The notes under the pieces are model-generated. The model had not been told where the DNA came from and made no database searches. It worked only from the letters and a program-made list of their open reading frames with translations. The position numbers and the translations under genes are program-made. Below are positions 16,808 through 24,000 of a stretch of 24,000 bases of DNA, one piece after another. The DNA is from Promicromonospora sp. NPDC023805. Its GTDB lineage: Bacteria; Actinomycetota; Actinomycetes; Actinomycetales; Cellulomonadaceae. The first letter of the stretch is position 1, and each line of letters opens with the position of its first letter. The stretch covers positions 91,132 to 115,131 of the forward strand of contig NZ_JBFAAH010000012.1 in the NCBI RefSeq assembly GCF_040639635.1, in the 5' to 3' direction.

Positions 16808-18393
16808 ACCCGGAACGCCCGCTCGCGCGCGTAGGCGTGGAACCGCGCGAGCACGTCGATCTGCTGGTGGGCCTGGGCGATCAGCTCGTCGAGCTGTGCG
16901 GGATCCAGGCCGATCTCGTCGGCGTGCTCGCGCAGCGTCTGCCAGCCACCGATCTTGGCGAGGACTGCCGCCCGCATCATCTCGGGCTCGAACACCATGG
17001 TCATCGGGGACTGCTCGGCCACCCGGCCGTTGAGCTTGAGCCGGCCCGCCTTCTCACCGGCCCACGCCGCGACCTGGCGGTACCGGCGACGCGGCACCTC
17101 CAGCCGGTCCAGCAGGTCGCGATAGAGCTCCCGCTCTCCGCGCAGCTGCTCGGTCACCTCCGCCAGCTCGGCGTGGAAGGGCGTGTCCCGGTAGGCGCGG
17201 GTCATGCGTTCCAGGCGCTCCAGACCGGCGGTGGAGGCGGTGAGATGCTCGGAGAGATAGAGGCCGAACAGGTAACGGTCCATCGTCTCCGGGATCCGCA
17301 GCTCGCCCCGGGCCCGCAGCGGCAGCACCGACGCCCCCGCCGGCCGAGGGCTGGCCGGGCGCAGGGGAGCGGAGCTCGCACCCTGCCCGGCCGCCATACC
17401 GTCGAGCAGGTCCTCCACGGCTTGCGCCGCCGTGCGGCGGGGCGCCCAGCCCAGCACTGCCTTGATCCGGGAGGTGTCCAGCACCGGCACGGCCATCGCC
17501 ATGTCGAGCCAGCCGGGGTCGGCGCGGACGACCCGGCCGTCGTAGGCGGCGGCCAGCGCCGCGCGGACGACGGCTGGCGGCACCTCGACCAGCCGTCCGT
17601 GGCCGACGATCCGGGCCAGGTCCGCACCGCGCAGCACGTCGTCCGCCGCGACGTTGAACGCGCCGCGGGCCCGCTCGACGACGACGCGCCGGTAGGCGTC
17701 GGCGACGTCGTCCGCGTGCACCGCCTGCAGTCGCAGGCCGGCGGGCAGCGGCAGGGCGGGCAGCCGGCCGTGCCGCAGCAGCTGCGTCGGTACGAGCGGG
17801 CCGAGGAAGTAGCGCACCACGGACTGGGCGGCGTCCGCCTGGAAGATGAGCGCGGGGCGCAGGCGCGCCACGGCGATCTCGGGGTGCTCGGCCTCCAGCT
17901 CGTCCAGCACCCGCTCCTGCGCAGCCTTGTCCACGCTGTAGTGCGACGTCGGTACGCCGCCGGTGGACCAGTCCTCGCGGCGCGGACCGTCGTCGGCGAC
18001 CGGGGAGTACGCGCCCATCGACGACGCGACCACCAGGTGCGGCACGCCCGCCCGCGCGACGGCCTCGGCCACCCGGCGGGTGCCCTCCACGTTGGTGCGG
18101 CGCAGCAGGTCGCGCTCGCGGTTGGGCTGGACGAGCCATGCGAGGTGGACCACGGCGTCGGCGCCGCGGAAGTGCTCGGTGAGCTGATCGACGACGTCCT
18201 CGGCGCCGTCCGCGGAGCCGCCCTCCGCCGAGAGGTCGACGGGCGCCCACTCGGCGTACCGGTACGGTTCGGCGTTCCGGTCGGGCAACCGCCGAGCCAT
18301 GCCGAGCACGGAGGTGACCCGCGGCTCGGCGTGCAGCGCCCGCAGCAGCGCGGTCCCGGTATTGCCTGTGGCTCCCACGACGACTACGCGCAT
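16804..18393 (-). CDS. NAD-dependent epimerase/dehydratase (extended SDR) with about 160-190 aa C-terminal helical extension
   Basis: Start MRVVVVGATGNTGTALLRAL (ATG complement 18391-18393); Rossmann GATGNTG, HYSVDKAAQERV active-site-like motif; long extra C-terminal region MDRYLFGLYLSEHLTASTAGLERLERM.... Confidence 0.85.
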   Translation of the reverse strand: MRVVVVGATGNTGTALLRALHAEPRVTSVLGMARRLPDRNAEPYRYAEWAPVDLSAEGGSADGAEDVVDQLTEHFRGADAVVHLAWLVQPNRERDLLRRTNVEGTRRVAEAVARAGVPHLVVASSMGAYSPVADDGPRREDWSTGGVPTSHYSVDKAAQERVLDELEAEHPEIAVARLRPALIFQADAAQSVVRYFLGPLVPTQLLRHGRLPALPLPAGLRLQAVHADDVADAYRRVVVERARGAFNVAADDVLRGADLARIVGHGRLVEVPPAVVRAALAAAYDGRVVRADPGWLDMAMAVPVLDTSRIKAVLGWAPRRTAAQAVEDLLDGMAAGQGASSAPLRPASPRPAGASVLPLRARGELRIPETMDRYLFGLYLSEHLTASTAGLERLERMTRAYRDTPFHAELAEVTEQLRGERELYRDLLDRLEVPRRRYRQVAAWAGEKAGRLKLNGRVAEQSPMTMVFEPEMMRAAVLAKIGGWQTLREHADEIGLDPAQLDELIAQAHQQIDVLARFHAYARERAFRV

Positions 18394-18477
18394 GGGAACA
18401 CGGTCACACCGGCCCGGCACACTCGCACTCGACGGCACGCCCTCGCGTGTCGGCGCGTGTTCCACCATGCTGGCGAT

Positions 18478-19263
18478 ATGCCCGAGATCAGCTCGCGACG
18501 AACCCACCGATTCGAGGACGACGGCCTGACCGTCATCGGGCACGTCTCGGCGCCGCCCGACGCGCGCCGGGCCTTCGTGCTCGTGCACGGCGTCGGCTGC
18601 TCGTCGCGCACCTACGCCAGGCTCGTGGACCACCTGGTGGCCCACGGCGAGGTGCACGCGCTGGACCTGCCCGGATACGGCGCGTCCCCGCACCCGCGCC
18701 GCGACGTCACGGTCCCCGAGCACGCGACCGTCGTCGCGCGGTACATCCGCGAGCACGTGCTCGACGCCGGTCTGCCCGCGCCGGTCCTCGTCGGCCACTC
18801 GATGGGCACGCAGATAGTGGGCCAGCTGCTCGCCGACCACCCCGACTCCGCGTCGGCGGGCGTCCTCCTCGGCCCGACGGCGGAGCCCGGCGCACGTACC
18901 TTCCCGCGTCAGGCGGTACGTCTCGCGATCGACGTCGTGGGGGAGTCGCCGCGCACCATCGGCACGCTCCTGTTCGACGCCCTGGTGCGCTGCGGTGCGC
19001 CGTGGTACCTGCGGCAGCTGCGCCACGTCGTCAAGCACCGGCTGGAGGACGTGCTGCCCCGCACCACGGCGCCGGTGGTCGTCGTGCGGGGCGAGCGCGA
19101 CCCCGTCGCCCCGGAGCGGTGGGTAGCGGCGCTCGCGGCGAGTGCCCCGCTCGGGCGGCACCGCACCGTGGGCGGGCGGCACCACGCCATGGACGCGGAC
19201 CCCGCGGGCGTCGCCGAGGCTGTCCTGGACGCGTGGCCCGCTGCGGACCGGGGCGTCGGATGA
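18478..19263 (+). CDS. alpha/beta hydrolase
   Basis: Start ATG 18478 within ORF 16837..19263; AFVLVHGVGCSSRTY, LDLPGYGASPHP, VLVGHSMGTQIVGQLL (nucleophile elbow), GERDPVAPERW, GGRHHAMDADP. Confidence 0.88.
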   Translation: MPEISSRRTHRFEDDGLTVIGHVSAPPDARRAFVLVHGVGCSSRTYARLVDHLVAHGEVHALDLPGYGASPHPRRDVTVPEHATVVARYIREHVLDAGLPAPVLVGHSMGTQIVGQLLADHPDSASAGVLLGPTAEPGARTFPRQAVRLAIDVVGESPRTIGTLLFDALVRCGAPWYLRQLRHVVKHRLEDVLPRTTAPVVVVRGERDPVAPERWVAALAASAPLGRHRTVGGRHHAMDADPAGVAEAVLDAWPAADRGVG

Positions 19264-19976
19264 GCGGCCGACGCCGTTCGCCCGACGGAGCGCTCGCGCG
19301 GCTCGCCGCGTGGGCCGCCGACTACGCGTGGGCCACGGACCGGCAGGCGCGGCACTTCCTCCGGCGGCCGAAGCTGCCCGGGACGTCCGGCGCGCCGCCG
19401 CGGGCGCCCGTCCTGCTGCTGCCCGGCATCTACGAGACCTGGGAGTTCCTGCAGCCCGTTGCCACGGCGCTGGCCCGTGCGGGCCACCCGGTCCATGCCG
19501 TGCCAGGTCTCAACCTCAACCTCCGGCCGGTCCCGGAGTCGGCAGACATAGTGGTCGAGCACCTGGAGCGCACGGGCCTGACCGGAGCGGTGCTCGTGGC
19601 GCACAGCAAGGGCGGCCTCATCGGCAAGCGGGTCATGCTCTCGGGGGCGAGCGACCGGGTGCTGGGCATGGTCGCGATCGCGACCCCGTTCACGGGCTCC
19701 CGCTGGGCGCGGTACATGCTCTCGCGGTCGCTGCGGTCGTTCGACCCGCGCGACCCGGTGCTGCTGGCGCTCGCCGGGGAGCTGCTCGTCAACGAGTGCA
19801 TCACGGCCGTCTACCCGCGGTTCGACCCGCACATCCCCGAGACGGGCCGGCTGGAGGGCGCGCGGAACATCGAGCTGCCGCTGTCGGGGCACTTCCGGCC
19901 GCTGGGGAACCCCCTGCTCGTGGAGACCGTGGTGCGCGAGGTGGCGCGGGTGGAGTCCGAGCATGCGGTTCGGTGA
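19260..19976 (+). CDS. alpha/beta hydrolase (lipase/esterase-like)
   Basis: Start ATG 19260 overlapping the previous stop; APVLLLPGIYETWEFLQPVATAL, AVLVAHSKGGLIGKRVML (nucleophile elbow), late His in LPLSGHFRPLG. Confidence 0.82.
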   Translation: MSGRRRSPDGALARLAAWAADYAWATDRQARHFLRRPKLPGTSGAPPRAPVLLLPGIYETWEFLQPVATALARAGHPVHAVPGLNLNLRPVPESADIVVEHLERTGLTGAVLVAHSKGGLIGKRVMLSGASDRVLGMVAIATPFTGSRWARYMLSRSLRSFDPRDPVLLALAGELLVNECITAVYPRFDPHIPETGRLEGARNIELPLSGHFRPLGNPLLVETVVREVARVESEHAVR

Positions 19977-19988
19977 GCCGGGCCGCAC

Positions 19989-20921
19989 GTGGTCAACTGG
20001 GACGTGCTCACCGTCCGCCACAGCTCGCCGCGCCGGACCGACGTCGCCCTGACGCTCGGACCGCTGGGGCACGGGCCCGCGGACCCGACGTTCCACCGGG
20101 CGGCGGACGGAACCGTCTGGCGGACGTCGCTGCTGCCCACGGGCCCGGTGACGCAGCGGTTCGTGCCCGCGGGGCCGCACGAGGTGGTGGTGCAGCTCTG
20201 GGGTGACGGGGCGCGGGAGGCCGCCGAGGCGCTGCCGACGCTGCTCGGCGAGGACGACGACGTCGCGGACTTCGCGCCGCCGTCGCAGGTCCGCGACGCC
20301 CACCGTCGGGCGGCCGGGATGCGGATGGCGCGCAGCGGCCGTGTGCTGGAAGCCCTCGTGCCCGCGGTCCTGGAGCAGCGCGTGCAGACCGTGACGGCGC
20401 ACCGGGCGTGGCAGTGGCTCGTGCGGCGGTACGGCACGCGGGCGCCGGGCCCGGCGCCCGAGGGGCTGCGCGGCGGGCTGCGGGTGGTCCCGGACGCGCA
20501 GACCTGGGCGCGGGTGCCGGTGTGGGACTGGCACCGCGCCGGCGTCGACCCCGGACGTGCCCGCACTGTGACGCGGTGCGCGCTGGTGGCGCCACGCCTC
20601 GAGGAGGCGTGCGCGATGGCGCCCGCCGAGGCCCGCGCACGGCTCGAGAAGGTGCAGGGCGTAGGGGTGTGGACGTCGGCGGAGGTGGCGCAGCGCGCCT
20701 TCGGTGACGCGGACGCCGTCTCCGTGGGCGACTTCCACCTGCCTGCGGCGGTCGGCTGGGCGCTGTCGGGCGAACGCACCGACGACGCCGGGATGCTGCG
20801 GCTGCTGGCGCCGTACGCCCCGCACCGGCACCGGGTGGTCCGGCTGCTCATGATCGACGGGCGGGCCAAGGCGCCCCGTCGCGGGCCGAAGCTGCCGATC
20901 GCGGACTATCGGGCGTTCTGA
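19989..20921 (+). CDS. DNA-3-methyladenine glycosylase II / HhH-GPD superfamily glycosylase
   Basis: LEALVPAVLEQRVQTVTAHRAWQWLVRRYG and HhH-GPD segment ARLEKVQGVGVWTSAEVAQRAFGDADAVSVGDFHLP with the conserved Asp (VGDFHL). Confidence 0.88.
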   Translation: MVNWDVLTVRHSSPRRTDVALTLGPLGHGPADPTFHRAADGTVWRTSLLPTGPVTQRFVPAGPHEVVVQLWGDGAREAAEALPTLLGEDDDVADFAPPSQVRDAHRRAAGMRMARSGRVLEALVPAVLEQRVQTVTAHRAWQWLVRRYGTRAPGPAPEGLRGGLRVVPDAQTWARVPVWDWHRAGVDPGRARTVTRCALVAPRLEEACAMAPAEARARLEKVQGVGVWTSAEVAQRAFGDADAVSVGDFHLPAAVGWALSGERTDDAGMLRLLAPYAPHRHRVVRLLMIDGRAKAPRRGPKLPIADYRAF

Positions 20922-21138
20922 GCGGGCTGGTGGTGGGCGGCTGGGCGGCTGGGCAGCTCGGCGACCGACTGGGTGTCTGCGCGGGACCTCGGTGCTGGAC
21001 CTGGGTGCAGGGTTTCGTGGCGGGTCTCGGGGTGCGTCTGCGCGCGGGTTCAGCCGTGGCAAGCGCGTCAAGCAGTCGCCGCGTACAGGTAGGTAGTGAT
21101 GCTCGCGTCCTTACGAAGGGGGCAGAAGAACGCGCCGG

Positions 21139-21160
21139 TGTCAGTGGCCGGGCATAGGAT
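21139..21160 (+). repeat. flank motif copy 1: TGTCAGTGG-N7-TAGGAT
   Basis: tgtcagtggccgggcataggat; same 9-mer, same 7-nt spacing and TAG[C/G]AT hexamer as copy 2 at 23355-23376. Confidence 0.6.
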
Positions 21161-21175
21161 CGAACAAAGGTCCGA
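21160..21175 (+). promoter_or_regulatory. candidate LexA binding site (SOS box)
   Basis: TCGAAC-AAAG-GTCCGA; one mismatch to the mycobacterial/actinobacterial consensus TCGAAC-N4-GTTCGA; located beside the presumed promoter of the DUF222/HNH gene. Confidence 0.6.
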
Positions 21176-21194
21176 ATGATTGGCGGGCCCAGTC

Positions 21195-21200
21195 TATTCT
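21195..21200 (+). promoter_or_regulatory. candidate -10 element TATTCT of the DUF222/HNH gene
   Basis: TANNNT hexamer; the -35 position would fall at about 21172-21177, overlapping the end of the candidate SOS box. Confidence 0.35.
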
Positions 21201-21235
21201 TCTTGAGTAATGAGCCACGGGGGAGGTGGGCGGGA

Positions 21236-23305
21236 ATGTACGAGGGACTGTTCGACGACCGCACGCCTGGTGCGCAGCTGGACGCCGTGCCGCCGGTGGA
21301 GATGCCGGGTGGCATGCCGGAGACACCGCCTGACATGCCACCTGACATGCTGCCTGCCACGCCGAAGGGCTTCCCGCCGGACTGGCCTCCGGAGGTCGTG
21401 CCGGTTGCGTTCTGGCCGGAGGACGTCCTGCGTCGAGCGTTGCAGGACGCGCCCGGTGCGCGGTTGGCGCGCGTGGTCGCGGAAGCGGTCGACGTAGACG
21501 GGAATCTGGAGATCGGCATGCCCGTCGCCGCGGACCCGGACCAGGACTCGGGCGACGGCGCGGGTGCGGGTGGCGGCGCGGGCGTGGGTTTCAGTGTGCT
21601 GGCCGACCTGTCGGACGAGGCTCTGGCCGACATGGTCGTCGCGTGTGGCCGGTTGCAGTCCTGGGTAGCCGGTGTGCAGGCCCGGGTCGTGGCGGAGCGC
21701 GCCGCGCGGGAGTCGCACCCGCTGGCGCACAACTCCTTGGTCGGGCAGGTCACGGGCGAGCTGGTGGTGACGGCGCCGGAGGCGACCGAGGTGGTGGTGC
21801 GGGCCGAGTCCGGGACCCGGCACCCCACCGTGATCACCGCTCTGCTGAAAGGCAGGATCGATACTCGTAAGGCGCACACGTTGCTGCGTTCCGCGTCTCG
21901 GTTGACGGTCGTGGAGCGCGCTGAGGCGATCAGCCGGTTCCTGCCCCAGGCCCCGGCACGGACGTGGAAGTGGTTGCAGGCCCGGATGCTCGCGTTCGCG
22001 AAGAACCTGCACGGCGCCTCTGCCACCGCTCAGGCCGAAGCGCAACGCCGCTCGGTGCAGGTGGACCGGGCGGAGAACGACATGGGGTGGCTGTCCGCGT
22101 ACCTACCGGCCGTGGACGCCGCAGCGGTGTGGGGTGTGGTGGACGACATGGCCCACCAGCTACGCCACGTCACGGGCGAGGAACGCACCCTGAGCCAGCT
22201 GCGTGCCGACTCGTTGACCGGGATCGTCACCGGCCGCCTCCTGCCCGCCGACCGGTACACCGAGGCCGACGCAGACTCAGATAAGACGACCGGCGCGACG
22301 ACCGGCACTGCGACTGCTGGAAGCGTCGGCCCGGACATCGGCGCGCGAGCCGAGATGACGACCGCCGGTAACGCGGCGACCACTGGGAGCACCCAGAGCC
22401 CTATAGGTGAGCCTGAGCCAGTGTGTACGTGTGGTGGTCGGGTGCCAGTGCAGCAGATTGTCCGAAAGATTGTGGTGCAAGAAGTCGTGCGGCCGGTACG
22501 GATCATCCCGACCCGCCCCGTCGTCCGGGTCACGATCCCGGCCACCGCACTGCTTGGCCTGGACAACGCGCCTGGTGAGCTCGCCGGCTTCGGGCCGGTC
22601 CCCGCAGAGATCGCGCGGATGATCGCGACGGACGCGACCTGGCACCGTCTGCTGACGGACCCTGTCACCGGGATCCTCCTGGACTACTCCACCACCGCCT
22701 ACCAACCGGGCAAGACCCTGCGCGGTGCAATCGAGGCCAGGGACGCCATGTGCACCTTCCCGTGCTGCGATACCCCGGCCGAGCGGTGCGACCTGGACCA
22801 CATCCAACCCTTCGACCATGACCACAAGAACACCAGCAGCATCGAGGGGAGCAAAGCCAACGGGTGGGGGCAGGCCAACGCCCACAACCTGCACGCCCTG
22901 TGCCGCAAGCACCACCTCCTCAAGACTCACGCCGGCTGGAACATCGTCCGCGACCCTCAGACAGGGATCACGACCTGGACCGCACCCACCGGCCGCACCC
23001 ACACACGACCACCGACCGTGCTGGACACGCACATCGATCTCGGCGAGATCGACCCGGACACCAGCCAGGACCTGTCCCTGCGCGCCATGACAGGGCAGCG
23101 CCTACCCCGCGTCTACGCCACTACCGAACCGGGCTCCGTACCGATCCATCCGGACCGTCCGATCCATCCGGACCACGGGACCGACCGGACCCACCCGACC
23201 GACCAGGCTGCCCCCTCCGAGCCCACAAGTCCGACCGATTCGACAAGCCCGACCGACCCGACCAGCCCGACGGCTCGGGCCCACCCCGACGAACCACCCT
23301 TCTGA
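21236..23305 (+). CDS. DUF222 domain-containing HNH endonuclease signature protein (REP13E12-type family)
   Basis: Start ATG 21236 (MYEGLFDDR) with GGGAGGTGGG upstream; DUF222-like LSDEALADMVVACGRLQSWVAGVQARVVAERA...; HNH core MCTFPCCDTPAERCDLDHIQPFDHDHKNTSSIEGSKANGWGQANAHNLHALCRKHHLLKTHAGW. Confidence 0.92.
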   Translation: MYEGLFDDRTPGAQLDAVPPVEMPGGMPETPPDMPPDMLPATPKGFPPDWPPEVVPVAFWPEDVLRRALQDAPGARLARVVAEAVDVDGNLEIGMPVAADPDQDSGDGAGAGGGAGVGFSVLADLSDEALADMVVACGRLQSWVAGVQARVVAERAARESHPLAHNSLVGQVTGELVVTAPEATEVVVRAESGTRHPTVITALLKGRIDTRKAHTLLRSASRLTVVERAEAISRFLPQAPARTWKWLQARMLAFAKNLHGASATAQAEAQRRSVQVDRAENDMGWLSAYLPAVDAAAVWGVVDDMAHQLRHVTGEERTLSQLRADSLTGIVTGRLLPADRYTEADADSDKTTGATTGTATAGSVGPDIGARAEMTTAGNAATTGSTQSPIGEPEPVCTCGGRVPVQQIVRKIVVQEVVRPVRIIPTRPVVRVTIPATALLGLDNAPGELAGFGPVPAEIARMIATDATWHRLLTDPVTGILLDYSTTAYQPGKTLRGAIEARDAMCTFPCCDTPAERCDLDHIQPFDHDHKNTSSIEGSKANGWGQANAHNLHALCRKHHLLKTHAGWNIVRDPQTGITTWTAPTGRTHTRPPTVLDTHIDLGEIDPDTSQDLSLRAMTGQRLPRVYATTEPGSVPIHPDRPIHPDHGTDRTHPTDQAAPSEPTSPTDSTSPTDPTSPTARAHPDEPPF

Positions 23306-23354
23306 GTGAGTTTCGACGGCTGGGCCTCGACCCCGAAACCACCAGCACACCCAC

Positions 23355-23376
23355 TGTCAGTGGTCCCCCGTAGCAT
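23355..23376 (+). repeat. flank motif copy 2: TGTCAGTGG-N7-TAGCAT
   Basis: tgtcagtggtcccccgtagcat; partner of copy 1 on the other side of the DUF222/HNH gene; its start lies in the interrupted palindrome CCACTG-T-CAGTGG (23351-23363). Confidence 0.6.
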
Positions 23377-23383
23377 CCCGATC

Positions 23384-24000
23384 ATGGCCGATGGCGTGCT
23401 CGACTACTCCCGTCCTGGACTCTTCACCACCCTCGATCCGGCGCAGCTCCGGCTCGTCGAAGGGTTGCCCGACGATCCCGTCGGGATCTGTGCCGTCGCA
23501 CAGGGGCTCGTGATCCAGCCTCATGACGCCACCGCGGCAGGGCTCGGCGCGGACCGGCTCGTGGAGAAGGACATCCGGGCGGCGAGCGGGCTGATCGCCG
23601 TGCTCGCGGCTCTCGACGACTCCCCGCTGCAGCACGCCAGAACGCCCGCGGCACGGGTGGTCGGGACGTGCCGGCACTTCACGGTCCTCGCCTGCGCGTT
23701 CTTGCGGGCGCGGGGCATCCCTGCTCGGGCACGCTGCGGCTTCGGCACGTACTTCGTCGAGGGGCGCGGCTTCGACCACTGGATCACCGAGTACTGGGCG
23801 GCCGACGAGAACCGCTGGGTGCGCGTCGACACCGAGCACCTCGGCAGGAGCTACGTCGAACATCCTGAGGATCTCGCTCCGGACGCGTTCCTGACCGGTG
23901 GTGAGGCGTGGTCCCGGTTCCGGGCCGGCCTGATCGACGCGCAGGTGTTCGGCGTCGTCGGCACGGACCACGCCTGGGGGCCGGCCGAGATCAGCGGCAA
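23384..24000 (+). CDS. transglutaminase-like domain protein (3'-truncated by window edge)
   Basis: Frame open from ATG 23384 to the window end: MADGVLDYSRPGLFTTLDPAQLRLVEGLPDDPVGICAVAQGLVIQPH...VVGTCRHFTVLACAFLRARGIPARARCGFGTYF...FDHWITEYWAADENRWVRVDTEHLG; Cys-His-Asp triad order of transglutaminase-like proteins. Not listed in the supplied ORF track because no stop lies within the window. Confidence 0.85.
   Translation, partial: MADGVLDYSRPGLFTTLDPAQLRLVEGLPDDPVGICAVAQGLVIQPHDATAAGLGADRLVEKDIRAASGLIAVLAALDDSPLQHARTPAARVVGTCRHFTVLACAFLRARGIPARARCGFGTYFVEGRGFDHWITEYWAADENRWVRVDTEHLGRSYVEHPEDLAPDAFLTGGEAWSRFRAGLIDAQVFGVVGTDHAWGPAEISG

Noticed and set aside
20935-20958. Three tandem 8-mers GGGCGGCT/GGGCGGCT/GGGCAGCT after the glycosylase gene
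   Set aside because: Real but too short and GC-biased to distinguish from chance; no further structure around it.
18909-21071. 720-aa minus-strand ORF
   Set aside because: Runs antisense through the hydrolases and AlkA-like glycosylase; composition of a shadow ORF.
23357-23971. 204-aa minus-strand ORF
   Set aside because: Antisense to the transglutaminase-like gene; no coherent domain.
1-24000. CRISPR array, tRNA/rRNA gene, integrase/transposase or prophage structural genes
   Set aside because: Looked for regularly spaced repeats, tRNA-like features and recombinase/phage proteins by eye and found none; the holin-family protein belongs to a chromosomal envelope cluster, not a prophage lysis cassette. 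A tRNAscan/CRISPR tool run would be needed for certainty.

Overview
High-GC actinobacterial chromosome segment, apparently Micrococcales-like (inference from gene content only). No rRNA, tRNA or CRISPR array was recognised by eye. From left to right: the 3' end of sdhA and a full sdhB; a small HTH-antitoxin/PIN-toxin pair; a minus-strand sugar-acid operon (solute-binding lipoprotein, two MalF/MalG-type permeases, glucarate-dehydratase-like enolase-superfamily enzyme, no ATPase); an MFS transporter; a KAP-family P-loop NTPase with an internal membrane segment; a PAS-ANTAR regulator; a haem-oxygenase-like iron-containing redox enzyme; an envelope/stress cluster (holin-like, DUF3618, YihY/BrkB, CDGSH protein); an SDR-type epimerase with a C-terminal extension; two alpha/beta hydrolases; an AlkA-like glycosylase; a DUF222/HNH (REP13E12-type) gene; and a 3'-truncated transglutaminase-like gene absent from the supplied ORF track. 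The most notable signals are a near-consensus actinobacterial LexA/SOS box (21160-21175) next to a candidate -10 in front of the DUF222/HNH gene, and the same gapped motif TGTCAGTGG-N7-TAGSAT on both flanks of that gene (21139-21160 and 23355-23376), suggesting a damage-inducible mobile or homing-like unit. Others are the KAP NTPase as a candidate phage-exclusion gene, a perfect hairpin overlapping both convergent stop codons at 16785-16807, and two candidate leaderless promoters with identical -10 to ATG spacing. All family assignments come from reading motifs, not from database searches.
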